Origin: Treponemataceae bacterium | Lineage (GTDB): Bacteria; Spirochaetota; Spirochaetia; Treponematales; Rectinemataceae | DNA length: 64,000 nt | Assembly (NCBI GenBank): GCA_963667725.2 | Contig: CAXXHO010000005.1 | Coordinates: 1,216,001 to 1,280,000, forward strand | Direction: 5' to 3' | Shown here: positions 11,870 to 22,003 of the stretch, piece by piece | Layout of the letters: every line of letters starts with the position of its first letter | Numbering within the stretch: the first letter of the stretch is position 1 | Program-made: the position numbers and the translations under genes | Notes under the pieces: generated by a model | Databases searched by the model: none | What the model saw: the letters and a program-made list of their open reading frames with translations, nothing else | What the model was told of the DNA's origin: nothing

Positions 11870-12155
11870 TAAAGTCCTCCACGACAGTCCGAAATATTGC
11901 ATGCCACTCTCAAAGCTGGTTTGATTAATGTTCGGCAACAATGGCGACAGGCCTTATCTCGCCGATGTTTCCAAGTATACGATTACTGTCATTTCGCGCA
12001 TGGTGCCGGATATCGCCGACCAGTTCAGGAAGCCCTGCCGCCGAGCAAATCGCCTCTTGCGTTGATCGACAAAACAGTATACTCATCTTGAAGAAGTTGA
12101 GGCCAGGCGACAAGCGTCGCCGGCCATAAAGTCGATCTCTTCAGGAGAGCTTTCC

Positions 12156-13442
12156 ATGATGACCTTCGCCATCGTGCTGTTCGCCATCACCTACGTCGCC
12201 CTCCTTGTCCTGCCGAACCTCCGGGCCTACATAGCCCTCGCCTCGGCCGCCGTCTTTGTCATAAGCGGGATTCTGCCCGTCGGCGAGGTATTGGGCGCAG
12301 TGGACTGGAACGTCATCATGATGATCATGGGAACGATGGGGGTGGTCTCGCTTTTCATCAACTCCAGAATGCCATCCCTCCTGGCCGATATCATCATAGA
12401 CAGAATGCCGAACGTCAAATGGGCTGTCATCGCCCTCGCGCTCTTCGCGGGCATCATTTCCGCCTTCGTCGACAACGTGGCCACGGTGCTTATGGTCGCC
12501 CCCGTGGCTATCACCATCTGCAGGAAACTCAAGATTTCTCCCGTCAAATCCATCATCGCGATCGCCATTTCCTCCAACCTCCAGGGGGCGGCGACACTCG
12601 TCGGCGATACGACCTCCATCCTTCTCGGAGGCCACGCCGGCATGAATTTTCTGGACTTCTTCGTCTACCGGGGCAAGCCTGGCCTGTTCTGGGTAGTCCA
12701 GGCGGGGGCTCTCGTTTCCATGGTCGTTCTCCTCGTTCTCTTCCGCAAGGATAAAGCCCTCGTCAACGCCGACGAACGCACTGTCGTGGAGGACTATGTC
12801 CCGACGGCGCTCCTCCTCGGTACGGTCATCCTCCTCATCCTGGCTTCCATCATGCCCAAGGAAGGGATGTCGGCCTTCATCGTCGATCATATCAACGGAC
12901 TTATCTGCGTTGGATTGATGCTTGTCGGTTTCATCTACAATATCATCAAGGAGAAAAACGCGAGGATAGTCGTAGAGATAATAAAGGAAATCGACTACTT
13001 CACCCTTCTCCTTCTGGCTGGCCTCTTCATCGTCATCGCCGGTATCACGGAGGCTGGCGTGGTAGAAGCTATCAGCGAACTCTTCGTAAGAGCCAGCGGC
13101 AACAACGTCTTCCTTATCTACACGCTGATCGTATGGGTATCCGTCCTCCTCTCCGCTTTCATCGACAACATCCCATACGTGGCCACAATGCTGCCCGTGG
13201 CCGGCGGCATAGCGGCGCAGCTCGGCATCGATCCGACCCTGATTTACTTTGGATTGCTGGTGGGGGCGACTTTGGGCGGAAACATGACGCCGATCGGGGC
13301 TTCGGCCAATATCACCGGGCTCGGTATCCTGAGAAAAGAGGGCTACGAGGTCAAACCGGCCCAATTCATGAAGATAAGCATTCCCTTCACTCTTGCCGCC
13401 GTAACGTCCGGATATCTGCTCGTCTGGCTCATCTGGGCCTAA
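12156..13442 (+). CDS. SLC13/ArsB/NhaD family anion or carboxylate permease
   Basis: Multi-TM; duplicated SAFVDNVAT / SAFIDNIPY and GAATLVGD / GGNMTPIGASAN motifs. Confidence 0.85.
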   Translation: MMTFAIVLFAITYVALLVLPNLRAYIALASAAVFVISGILPVGEVLGAVDWNVIMMIMGTMGVVSLFINSRMPSLLADIIIDRMPNVKWAVIALALFAGIISAFVDNVATVLMVAPVAITICRKLKISPVKSIIAIAISSNLQGAATLVGDTTSILLGGHAGMNFLDFFVYRGKPGLFWVVQAGALVSMVVLLVLFRKDKALVNADERTVVEDYVPTALLLGTVILLILASIMPKEGMSAFIVDHINGLICVGLMLVGFIYNIIKEKNARIVVEIIKEIDYFTLLLLAGLFIVIAGITEAGVVEAISELFVRASGNNVFLIYTLIVWVSVLLSAFIDNIPYVATMLPVAGGIAAQLGIDPTLIYFGLLVGATLGGNMTPIGASANITGLGILRKEGYEVKPAQFMKISIPFTLAAVTSGYLLVWLIWA

Positions 13443-13459
13443 GGCGACTGGAGAGGCGG

Positions 13460-15202
13460 TCAGAACCCCGAAATGAGCGCCTTGTACCAATCCCAGTTCT
13501 GCGCCGATGTATAGGTCGCCAGGCTCGCCGCCGGTACCTTGATCGAAGTCAGTTCCCATCGCGGCGGAAAACAGGAACCTCCCATGTTCGGCGGAACGAG
13601 AGCCTTGACGGTAATGGTCTTGAGATTAGGGCAGGGATTGAAGGCGTTGTTCAGCACGCTCCGGATCGTGGACGGAAGCACAAGGGTCGCTATGCCAGCG
13701 TTTTTAAAAGCCTCATCCTCTATCGCCAGCACGCCTTCCGATATCGTCAGGCTTCTCAAGCCCGTGCAGGAGAAGAAAGCGGTTCTCCCCACCGTCGAGA
13801 TATTCCCGGGAATGACGAGGTTGTCGAGCTTCTGACAGAGCCCGAAGGCATATTCGCCGATCAGGGTTCTCGCCTGGCGGGGGAGCCGCAGGCTCGCGAG
13901 GTTGGAACAGCCGCGGAAAGCCCATTCGCCTATGCTCCTGAGCTGATCGGGAAGTACGAGATTGACGAGGGCGATGCAGTTTTCGAAGGCGAAGTCGCCA
14001 ATCGACAGAAGCGTCTGCGGAAGATTGATCAGCCGCAGGGCGCCGCAGTCCTGGAAGGCGTTATCGTCGATGGAGCGGATGCCTTCGCGCAAGGTTACGC
14101 GCTCGAGGGCGGAGCAGCCGTGGAAGGCTCTGAACTGAATGGCGCCTGTCCCCCCGATGGTCACTGCCCGCAGACCCGAGGAATCCCTGCACACGAATTC
14201 CCCGATCGCGACGACGCTATCCGGAATGACCAGGCTTTCGAGACCCGCGCAATCCGCGAAGGCCTCCCGTCCGACGCTGACGAGGCCCATCGGAAGGTCG
14301 ATCGCTATCGGGGCGTCGAGACCCCTGAAGGCGCCCTCATCCAGGTAGCGGAGCGAGGAGGGAAGCTCCAATGTTTCCAGGTTCGAACAGCCTCGGAACG
14401 TTTCCTCCTGTATTCTCGAGACGCCCTCGGGGATGACGACGCGCGCGAGTGAAGCGCAGTCCGCGAAGGCGAAGGGGCCGATGGACGTGACCGATGCCGG
14501 AAGGACCATATCCGTCAGGCTCGAGCAGCCGGCAAAGAGCGATGCTGGGATACTCGTTATCCTCTCGGGCAGATCGATTTCCGATAGGCTTGCGCAGCCC
14601 TCAAAAGCGGCGCTCTCTATGCCGCGAAGCTGGGAAGAAAAGGAAATGGATTCCAGGACGGCACATCCGGAAAAAGCCTCCTGCGGGATGATTTGGCAGC
14701 TTTCGGGCAGCTCAATGGACCTCAGCAGCGAGCAGCCCTGGAAGGCTCGCGCCCCGATCGCGGTGACTAACTCCGGTATGTTTATCGAGGTCAGGCTTGA
14801 GCAGTCTTTGAAAGCTTCCCATCCGATGCTATTTATGGTCTCGGGCAGGACGACCTCTTCGAGGATATCGAGACCTTCGAAGGCCTGGCTGGATATGTAG
14901 CGGACGGGCTTGCCCTCCCATGTCGAGGGGATGACAAGCTTCCTGCATTGCGCGGCGTCTTCTCCCGCGGCGACAGAGTAGGAAGCCCATTGATAGGCAT
15001 AGGTGAAGCTGAGCGCCGTGTCGGGCTGCGCGTCTTCGGGAGCGACCGCGATGCCGGGCTTCTTCATGATGGAAGCTGAGGGAGGGATTTTAGGCTGGAT
15101 TTTTTGTCCTGGCGTGATTTTCGTCTGGCCCGAAAGCGGCATCAAGGAAAAGGCAACGAGGAGCAGAGCGGATACCCGGGAGCTGAGGCTCGTTTTCATC
15201 AT
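13460..15202 (-). CDS. Secreted BspA-type leucine-rich repeat (LRR_5/TpLRR) surface protein
   Basis: Signal peptide, then many 23-aa repeats of the form LxxIxLPxxLxxIgxxAFxGCxx; start codon uncertain (15199 or 15202). Confidence 0.9.
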   Translation of the reverse strand: MMKTSLSSRVSALLLVAFSLMPLSGQTKITPGQKIQPKIPPSASIMKKPGIAVAPEDAQPDTALSFTYAYQWASYSVAAGEDAAQCRKLVIPSTWEGKPVRYISSQAFEGLDILEEVVLPETINSIGWEAFKDCSSLTSINIPELVTAIGARAFQGCSLLRSIELPESCQIIPQEAFSGCAVLESISFSSQLRGIESAAFEGCASLSEIDLPERITSIPASLFAGCSSLTDMVLPASVTSIGPFAFADCASLARVVIPEGVSRIQEETFRGCSNLETLELPSSLRYLDEGAFRGLDAPIAIDLPMGLVSVGREAFADCAGLESLVIPDSVVAIGEFVCRDSSGLRAVTIGGTGAIQFRAFHGCSALERVTLREGIRSIDDNAFQDCGALRLINLPQTLLSIGDFAFENCIALVNLVLPDQLRSIGEWAFRGCSNLASLRLPRQARTLIGEYAFGLCQKLDNLVIPGNISTVGRTAFFSCTGLRSLTISEGVLAIEDEAFKNAGIATLVLPSTIRSVLNNAFNPCPNLKTITVKALVPPNMGGSCFPPRWELTSIKVPAASLATYTSAQNWDWYKALISGF

Positions 15203-15283
15203 GTCATTACCCCGTATTCGCGATGATATCCCATCTTTGCGCGTTTTTCCGCCGATGTAAAGCAAAGAATGCGGCAGTCTTCT

Positions 15284-15790
15284 TTATCCGAGGATTTCCG
15301 CGACGAAGGATTCGACATCCTTTTCGTCCCGGGCGACGCGCAGGTTTTTCCCTTCGGCCCGGAGCCGCTCAACGCAGGCCGAGATCTTCACGATCTGCTT
15401 CCTGTTCCAAGCGAGAAGATCGGTCAGGCTCCTGAGGTTTTCGATTTTATTCTCGCGGTCCATTCCAAGCTTCCTGCGGATGAATCTCGCGACGATCCTC
15501 CTGCGCAGCTCGTTCAGCCCGACATCCAGGTACAGGATAATATCGGCCTCCTCCATTCCTCGTCGCGGCCATTCCACATATGCTCCCTCGATGATCCAGG
15601 AATCGCGCGCGAGCGTCGAATCGAGCAGGGAGTCCCTTTCCGGAGCCGGTCTTTTCACGCCGTAGTTTTTCCCGTTGTTTACCCAGAACAGGTCGTCCAG
15701 GTTGGTCATCTCCATTCCCAGGCCGAGGGCGATGCGCTTCGCCAGCGTCGTCTTGCCCGAGCCCGCCGCGCCGATTATGAAGAGCTTCAT
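15284..15790 (-). CDS. P-loop kinase, adenylate-kinase-like / FlaR (topology modulation) family
   Basis: MKLFIIGAAGSGKTTLA, LDDLFW, WIIEGAY; ATG overlaps the upstream stop. Confidence 0.8.
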   Translation of the reverse strand: MKLFIIGAAGSGKTTLAKRIALGLGMEMTNLDDLFWVNNGKNYGVKRPAPERDSLLDSTLARDSWIIEGAYVEWPRRGMEEADIILYLDVGLNELRRRIVARFIRRKLGMDRENKIENLRSLTDLLAWNRKQIVKISACVERLRAEGKNLRVARDEKDVESFVAEILG

Positions 15791-16878
15791 CTGCGTTCCC
15801 GCCCCTTGGCGGGCGTCAGCGATAGAAGGTCGCCCGCGACCTCGAGACCGGCGAGGGGGGATTCGGTCTCGTAGACCGCGGAGCCGGGGCGGGAATAGCG
15901 GATCGAGAGCCGAGCGTCCACAGCCTCGGCGATGCGGCGGGAGAGCAATCCCGCGACGGGAGCCCGAAGGATCCCCCCGCGCATCTTCGCGCCGCGTATC
16001 GTCGCGCCGCGTATCGTCGCGCCGTGTGACCTTGTCACGCTGATCTCCAGCGATTCGCCGGCACTTTCCCAACCATTAACCTTTATGCCGCATACAGTCG
16101 TGCCACGGATCTCCTTTATGCCTCGAGATATCCTGCACCTGACTTTTTCATCGGTGACCGACAGGTCCATAATTTTTGATCCGTTGTAGGTCGTAAATAA
16201 ATGTTTTTCGTTGTCATGGGAGAATACGCAGAGAAAACCCCTGAAGGATGATCCAAACCAGGGGATTTTAGCCACCGACAGCATCAGCGAATCGCCGCGG
16301 CGGGGAAAATCGTTTGATTGCGTCCAGATCCAGGATTCAGGCATCGAACTGCCCCAGTCCTTTTCGATATAACCCCTGCCGTCGTCGATCGATACCTGGC
16401 GCCCGTCCACTTCGAGGCGGCCGTCCACCCTGTGGTCGAGACTCACGAGACCATGGCAGCACTCCATTCCCGGCATGAAGGTGAAAGGACCCATAACCCC
16501 CGGGCTCCAGAAGGGGAATCGCGGGATCGAAAAGCCGCCGTACGCGAAGGCGCCAGAAATCCGGGAAGTCCCATCGCTCAGATCGAATTCGATGCCTCTG
16601 TCGCTGAACCGATTCTTTCCCACACGTATGTCGAGACCGGCCTCGGATGCATGAAATTCTTCCCTAGAGTACTGGAACCACCAGGATTTTCCCGTCTTGC
16701 CCTCGATGACCTGGACGAAGGCATAGCCTGAACCCTTTTCACTGCCCAAGGCGATTCCGGGGATGAATGACCAGACGCCTTCGGCGATGCCGCCCGAATG
16801 CTTGAAATACCAGCCTTCGAAGTAATCGCGTTTTTTCCTTCCCCCCTGGAATGAAGCGGGCGACCAAAGATTTCTCAT
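15787..16878 (-). CDS. Tocopherol cyclase family (lipocalin-like) protein
   Basis: YFEGWYFK, MGPFTFMPGMECCHG, GRGYIEKDWGSSMPESWIWTQSN motifs. Confidence 0.8.
   Translation of the reverse strand: MRNLWSPASFQGGRKKRDYFEGWYFKHSGGIAEGVWSFIPGIALGSEKGSGYAFVQVIEGKTGKSWWFQYSREEFHASEAGLDIRVGKNRFSDRGIEFDLSDGTSRISGAFAYGGFSIPRFPFWSPGVMGPFTFMPGMECCHGLVSLDHRVDGRLEVDGRQVSIDDGRGYIEKDWGSSMPESWIWTQSNDFPRRGDSLMLSVAKIPWFGSSFRGFLCVFSHDNEKHLFTTYNGSKIMDLSVTDEKVRCRISRGIKEIRGTTVCGIKVNGWESAGESLEISVTRSHGATIRGATIRGAKMRGGILRAPVAGLLSRRIAEAVDARLSIRYSRPGSAVYETESPLAGLEVAGDLLSLTPAKGRERR
15977..16025. repeat. 15-bp tandem repeat, about 3.3 copies, in frame within a CDS
   Basis: ccgcgcatcttcgcg / ccgcgtatcgtcgcg / ccgcgtatcgtcgcg; encodes GATIR-GATIR-GAKMR. 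Confidence 0.85.
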
Positions 16879-17127
16879 CGAAAATGCTCCTTCGACTCCG
16901 CGGAAAAAATGTGCGGTATTGGGCTTGAAACAAAGATAGTCTATCGCCCCCATGGGTTCAATGGCATTGGCGTCCGCCGGATTCCTGAACGGAAACGCAA
17001 GGGGGACGCTTGCTCGTCTTTACTGGAATTTAATGCGCTGCTAACCGCATTTAAAAACTGATCCCGTACACTACGCCCGTCATCGGCGCGCCGCGTTGAT
17101 GACGCAAAACCCAATTTGGAGGAAAGA

Positions 17128-18105
17128 ATGAAGAAGATCGCGTCACTCCTGCTCGTCCTGGCCTTTGTTGCGGCTAGTGCGTTCGCCCAGGTTTCGGGGG
17201 CTATGGTCACCTTCGGACTCATAAGCGACACCCATGTCTGCGACAAGCCCGACCAGTCCACCGCCATCGCGTTGAATGCCTCACCCCGTTACTTCACGGG
17301 AGGGCTCGCCAAGATCGAAGCCTTCTCGGCGGCGATGAATGCGGCCGGCGCCGATTTCGTGGCCGAGCTTGGCGACTTCACCGACAACCCCGCAACGCCT
17401 GGCTTGACTTCAGTCCAGCGCCGAGAGACCGCCATGGGTTTCATGCGCGCGGCCGAGGCCAAGCTCAGCCTCTTCAAAGGTCCCCGTTACCACGTGTTCG
17501 GCAATCACGACACCGACCAGGCCTCCAAGGCGGATTTTCTATCCATCGCGAAAAATACCGATATAGCGCCTGGCGCAAGCTACTACGGCTTTGACAAGGG
17601 CGGCGTCCACTTCATCGTCCTCGATTCCAGCTTCAGGGCGGACGGCGCATCCTACTCCGGCATACCAGGCGAATCCGGAGCCGGATACACATGGGACGAC
17701 GCCAACATCTCAGCCAATGAATTGAAGTGGCTGGCCGCCGACCTCGAGGCCGCCAAGGCTCCTGTAGTGATCCTCTCCCACCAACAGCTCAACAACCAGG
17801 AGCTCATCGACTCCGCCTACGATCCCAAGCACACCGTGCGCAACGCTTCCGTAGTCCGCGGCATTCTCGAGACCAGCGGTAAAGTACTTGCCGTCTTCGG
17901 CGGCCATTACCACGACGGCGGTTACCAGGAAATCAGCGGCATCAAATATATCGTCCTCCAGGCGAACGCCGCCTATGGTAACGATGCTTCCTACCACAAC
18001 CAGTACTCCACCGTGAAAATCTTCTCCGAAGGGAACAAATACACCCTTGCCCTGAGCGGTGCCGGCATTCAGCGAAGCTACGCTTTCTCTAAAATCCTTT
18101 ACTGA
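17128..18105 (+). CDS. Secreted calcineurin-like metallophosphoesterase
   Basis: Signal peptide; SDTH, LGDFTD, FGNHD, LSH and GHYH metal-binding motifs. Confidence 0.88.
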   Translation: MKKIASLLLVLAFVAASAFAQVSGAMVTFGLISDTHVCDKPDQSTAIALNASPRYFTGGLAKIEAFSAAMNAAGADFVAELGDFTDNPATPGLTSVQRRETAMGFMRAAEAKLSLFKGPRYHVFGNHDTDQASKADFLSIAKNTDIAPGASYYGFDKGGVHFIVLDSSFRADGASYSGIPGESGAGYTWDDANISANELKWLAADLEAAKAPVVILSHQQLNNQELIDSAYDPKHTVRNASVVRGILETSGKVLAVFGGHYHDGGYQEISGIKYIVLQANAAYGNDASYHNQYSTVKIFSEGNKYTLALSGAGIQRSYAFSKILY

Positions 18106-18124
18106 TCCAAACAGCATTAGGTTA

Positions 18125-18163
18125 GGGGGGCGCCGGGCAAATCCTGGCGCCCCCTCATTTTTT
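18125..18163 (+). terminator. Rho-independent terminator
   Basis: GGGGGCGCC...GGCGCCCCC stem followed by a T-run. Confidence 0.8.
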
Positions 18164-18324
18164 CAGTCAAGGAGCCGACGTCCCCATCGCGTTCCTTCCA
18201 AATAGTACGCCTTGTGAAAGGGGTATGACAAAAAGTCGAAATATGTTAAATTGTCGAAGTCGGAGAGTTGTCGCCGAGCTGTCTTTAGACCAGCGGCTTG
18301 TCTAGGATATAGAGGAGAAATTCT

Positions 18325-19407
18325 ATGGTAGTCAAAGAGATGCGAAGTCTTGTGATAGGCGATCTTGTGGCAAGAATACCGATAGTTCAGGGCGGTATGG
18401 GCGTGGGGATTTCCCTCTCCAGGCTGGCTTCCGCCGTAGCCAATGCCGGCGGCGTCGGCGTCATAGCGGCGGCGGGCATCGGCCTGCTGGAGCCCGATGG
18501 CTTCAAGGATTTTCTGGGCGCGAACATAAGGGCTCTGCAGCGCGAAATCAGAAATGCCCGAGCGCATACCAAGGGAATTCTCGGCGTCAACATCATGGTG
18601 GCGCTAAGCAATTTCGCCGACCTGGTCAGGACGGCGATCGACGAGAAAATCGACATTATTTTTTCCGGCGCCGGCCTTCCGGTCAATCTGCCCGAGTATC
18701 TGAAGGAAGGGAGCAGGACCAAGCTTGTGCCCATCGTGTCGTCGGGAAGGGCGGCGACCCTCCTCGCCAAACGCTGGCTAGACAAGTACAACTACCTGCC
18801 CGATGCCTTTGTCGTGGAAGGACCCATGGCGGGCGGCCATCTTGGATTCAAGGCCGAACAGCTCGACGATCCCGCCTTCGCCCTCGATAAGATAGTCCCC
18901 GAAGTGATTGCCGCGGTTCGCCCTTTCGAGGAAAAAACCGGAAGGAAAATCCCCGTCATAGCGGGAGGGGGCATCTATACCGGCGCCGATATCCGACGTT
19001 TCCTCGAACTAGGCGCTGCCGGCGTCCAGATGGCCACGCGTTTTGTCGCCACCGATGAATGCGACGCCGATCCGGCTTTCAAGGCTACGTACATGGCGGC
19101 CGGGCAGGGCGACCTGGAGATAATCAAGAGCCCCGTGGGGATGCCCGGCCGCGCCATCCGGAATGGCTTCCTTGACGACGTGGCTCAAGGCAAGAAAAAG
19201 CCCTTCGCTTGCCCCTACCACTGCATCGTCACCTGCGATATCGAAAAAGCGCCCTACTGCATATCTCTTGCCCTTCTCAACGCGCAAAAAGGCAAGCTGG
19301 ACAAAGGCTTTGCCTTCGCCGGCGCCAACGCCTGGAGAACCGAAAAAATCGTTCCGGTGCAGGAACTTGTGGACGAGCTCGTGAGTGAATACGAGGCTAT
19401 AAGCTAA
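18325..19407 (+). CDS. Nitronate monooxygenase / FabK-like flavin oxidoreductase
   Basis: PIVQGGMGVGISLSRLA, VEGPMAGGHLGF, GVQMATRF, SPVGMPGRA, Cys cluster CPYHCIVTC. Confidence 0.88.
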   Translation: MVVKEMRSLVIGDLVARIPIVQGGMGVGISLSRLASAVANAGGVGVIAAAGIGLLEPDGFKDFLGANIRALQREIRNARAHTKGILGVNIMVALSNFADLVRTAIDEKIDIIFSGAGLPVNLPEYLKEGSRTKLVPIVSSGRAATLLAKRWLDKYNYLPDAFVVEGPMAGGHLGFKAEQLDDPAFALDKIVPEVIAAVRPFEEKTGRKIPVIAGGGIYTGADIRRFLELGAAGVQMATRFVATDECDADPAFKATYMAAGQGDLEIIKSPVGMPGRAIRNGFLDDVAQGKKKPFACPYHCIVTCDIEKAPYCISLALLNAQKGKLDKGFAFAGANAWRTEKIVPVQELVDELVSEYEAIS

Positions 19408-20009
19408 ATTTTGTCGCCAGACGGTTGTTTGACGGCATCGCGTATATAATCGAGCGTTTCATCATAGAGAGTCTCATCGGGGCAATATATTCGCATGATC
19501 GTTCCCCTGCGTCCCCGCAGCTGTATTGTCCGGAGAATATCATGCGGCTTGATGCTTCGCACCTCGTTCCAAAGGACAAATTTTATAACGCTCCGCCCCG
19601 AATTCAATGTGGGAGAGACCGGAAAAGGCCTCCAGTGAAGGAAGTCGGCGAGGGGAAACATGGAGCCTCGCATGCTTTCGCAATATATCCCGTCATGCTG
19701 GAGACGATAGAGCGAAACGAATCGATTTCCGAATAGAAGCAGGGCGCCTAACGCGAAAGCGGCGATGATGAAGGCCATCACATATCCCGCCAAGGTCGCC
19801 GTGACCTGGAACATGGCCATTCCGGGCGATACGCCCATGAAAAACTGCGCCAGGGTCACGAAGACCGCGGAACCAAGCCCCAGGAAAAACAAGGTAAGTC
19901 CTAGGTCCTTCAGGAGCAGAGGGTTCGATGTTATCGGCACGCCCGCGAACCAACGCATCGGCGCGCCGTTTTTGCCGGAAGCCTGTCGCTGGGGTTCCAA
20001 CATCGTCAT
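19404..20009 (-). CDS. Hypothetical membrane protein (2 TM) at the end of the opp operon
   Basis: ATG overlaps oppF stop (ATGA); two hydrophobic segments and a soluble C-terminus. Confidence 0.6.
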   Translation of the reverse strand: MTMLEPQRQASGKNGAPMRWFAGVPITSNPLLLKDLGLTLFFLGLGSAVFVTLAQFFMGVSPGMAMFQVTATLAGYVMAFIIAAFALGALLLFGNRFVSLYRLQHDGIYCESMRGSMFPLADFLHWRPFPVSPTLNSGRSVIKFVLWNEVRSIKPHDILRTIQLRGRRGTIMRIYCPDETLYDETLDYIRDAVKQPSGDKI

Positions 20010-20992
20010 CCGTGCCGTTTCAGGCATCCCGCGAAATGACAGGAGACGAAATGCCCTGGCGACAACTCGGAGAGCGCGGGATCCGCGCTCGTGCAGAGTT
20101 CCTGACGATAGGCGCAGCGGCCGGCAAACCTGCATCCCTTCGCCGGATTTATCGGGCTGGGAACATCGCCCTCGAGAAGGATTCTGTCCTTTTTGGCGCC
20201 TAGGCTCGCGATCGGCACGGCGGAAAGCAGGGCTTGCGTGTAAGGGTGAAGCGGTTCCTGAAAGAGCGCAATATTGCTGGCCTTTTCCACGACCTGTCCG
20301 AGGTACATTACGGCAACTTCGTCAGATACATACCGAACAACGCTGAGGTTATGCGATATGAAAAGATAGGTGTAGTTTTTCTTGGTCTTCAGTTCCTGAA
20401 GCATGTTGAGAATCTGCGCCTGGATGCAGACATCGAGCGCGGAAACGGGTTCGTCGAGAACAATGAATTCGGGGTTGAGCGCCAGAGCGCGGGCGACGCC
20501 GATGCGCTGTCGCCTCCCGCCGTCCAGTTCGTGGGGAAACGAGGTAGTGAGACGCTCGGCCAGCCCGACGGTATCCATCAACTCCTTGATCTTAGCGTCG
20601 ATTTCCTTCTTGCCTGAGCATGTTTTATTGATTAAAAGCGGCTCCGCGATCTGCTGTGCCACCGACATTCTCGGATTCAGCGAGGAAAAAGGATCCTGGA
20701 AAACAATCTGTGCGCGTCTGCGGAACTGGCTTCGCTGTTCATTGGAAAACTTCAGCATATCCTGGCCGTCGAACAGCACTTCGCCGCTCGTTGCTTCGAT
20801 CAGCCCTATGACGACTCTGCCGAGGGTAGACTTGCCGCATCCGGATTCTCCCACGAGACCCAGGGTTTTTCCTCTGGAGATGGTCAGCGAAACGTCGTCG
20901 ACCGCGTGCAATTGTCCTTTGCTCACGTTGAAATATTTCTTCAGGTGTCTGATGTCGAGCAGGACATCTGATTTACTTTTCTGTTCGTTCAC
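20006..20992 (-). CDS. oppF: Peptide ABC transporter ATPase (OppF/DppF)
   Basis: GESGCGKST Walker A, FQDPFSSLNPR, LDEPVSALD, C-terminal GCRFAGRC domain. Confidence 0.92.
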   Translation of the reverse strand: MNEQKSKSDVLLDIRHLKKYFNVSKGQLHAVDDVSLTISRGKTLGLVGESGCGKSTLGRVVIGLIEATSGEVLFDGQDMLKFSNEQRSQFRRRAQIVFQDPFSSLNPRMSVAQQIAEPLLINKTCSGKKEIDAKIKELMDTVGLAERLTTSFPHELDGGRRQRIGVARALALNPEFIVLDEPVSALDVCIQAQILNMLQELKTKKNYTYLFISHNLSVVRYVSDEVAVMYLGQVVEKASNIALFQEPLHPYTQALLSAVPIASLGAKKDRILLEGDVPSPINPAKGCRFAGRCAYRQELCTSADPALSELSPGHFVSCHFAGCLKRHG

Positions 20993-21993
20993 GGGTTTCC
21001 TCCCTCCTTGGATCCAAGCGGGAAATAGCAGTTCACGAAATGGCCCGGTTCATGCTCGCGCATGCCGCATTCTTTCTCGAAGCAGATCTCCTTTGCGTTA
21101 GGGCAGCGGGGAGAGAACGCGCAGCCTTTGGGGAGGTCGATCGGATCGGGTGGAAGGCCCTGGATGACGGATAGCTTTCCGCCAAGCGGGCTGTCGAGAC
21201 GCGGTACGGCGTCGAAAAGCCCCTGTGTATAAGGGTGCATGGGGTGATCATAAAGTTGGCGGATATCGGAATACTCCACGATGCGTCCCGCGTACATGAT
21301 GGCCACGTCGTCGCATATTTCGGCTACTATTCCGAGGTCGTGCGTAATCAGGAGAAAAGAAGTATTCACTACCGACTGGAGCTTCTTGATCAGCTCCATC
21401 ACCTGGGCTTGAATGGTTACGTCGAGGGCTGTAGTGGGCTCGTCGGCGATCAGGAGACTCGGTTTGCAGGCGAGTGCGATGGCTATTCCGACGCGCTGGC
21501 GCATGCCGCCGGAAAACTGATGCGGGAAGTCCTTCGATCGCTCGGGCCTGATTCCCACGAGCGCCAGCATTTCAAGCGCTCGCTTCTGGGCATCGGGACC
21601 TTTGAGATCGGAGTGGAGAGAAATCATCTCCACGATCTGGTCTTCGATCGTCATGATAGGGTTGAGCGATGTCATTGGATCCTGGAAGATCATGGAGATG
21701 CGGTTGCCGCGGATATGCCGCTTTTCCGCTTCCGTCATTTTCCGGATGTCCTGGTTTTCGAATATAATCTCGCCGCTCGTAATCTGGCCTGGAGGCGTCT
21801 GAATGAGCTGGAGAATGGATAGGGCCGTCGTTGTCTTGCCGGCGCCGGTTTCGCCGACGAAGCCAAGGGCCTTGCCCTTGTGCAGCGTCAGGTTCAGGTG
21901 ATTGACCGCGTGCACGACGCCCGAGTCCGTATTGAATTGAACGGACAGATCCTTGATGTCGAGAAGGATCGAAGAATTTTCGCTTGTTGTCAT
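20989..21993 (-). CDS. oppD: Peptide ABC transporter ATPase (OppD/DppD)
   Basis: [38 protein letters not shown]. Confidence 0.92.
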   Translation of the reverse strand: MTTSENSSILLDIKDLSVQFNTDSGVVHAVNHLNLTLHKGKALGFVGETGAGKTTTALSILQLIQTPPGQITSGEIIFENQDIRKMTEAEKRHIRGNRISMIFQDPMTSLNPIMTIEDQIVEMISLHSDLKGPDAQKRALEMLALVGIRPERSKDFPHQFSGGMRQRVGIAIALACKPSLLIADEPTTALDVTIQAQVMELIKKLQSVVNTSFLLITHDLGIVAEICDDVAIMYAGRIVEYSDIRQLYDHPMHPYTQGLFDAVPRLDSPLGGKLSVIQGLPPDPIDLPKGCAFSPRCPNAKEICFEKECGMREHEPGHFVNCYFPLGSKEGGNP

Positions 21994-22003
21994 ATTTGCG
22001 TAC

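Noticed and set aside
12085..12155. Hairpin-containing leader before the SLC13 permease (GGCGAC-aagc-GTCGCC)
   Set aside because: A single GC-rich hairpin with no match I can support to a known ion-sensing riboswitch.
13133..14452. Long plus-strand ORF (439 aa) and similar long antisense ORFs such as 12141-13559, 5541-6686, 38860-40044 and 58112-59383
   Set aside because: Typical high-GC shadow frames opposite well-supported genes, with no recognisable motifs.
13700..14900. Periodic DNA similarity that could suggest a CRISPR array
   Set aside because: The period of about 69 bp is the coding LRR repeat; there are no identical repeats with unique spacers and no cas genes.
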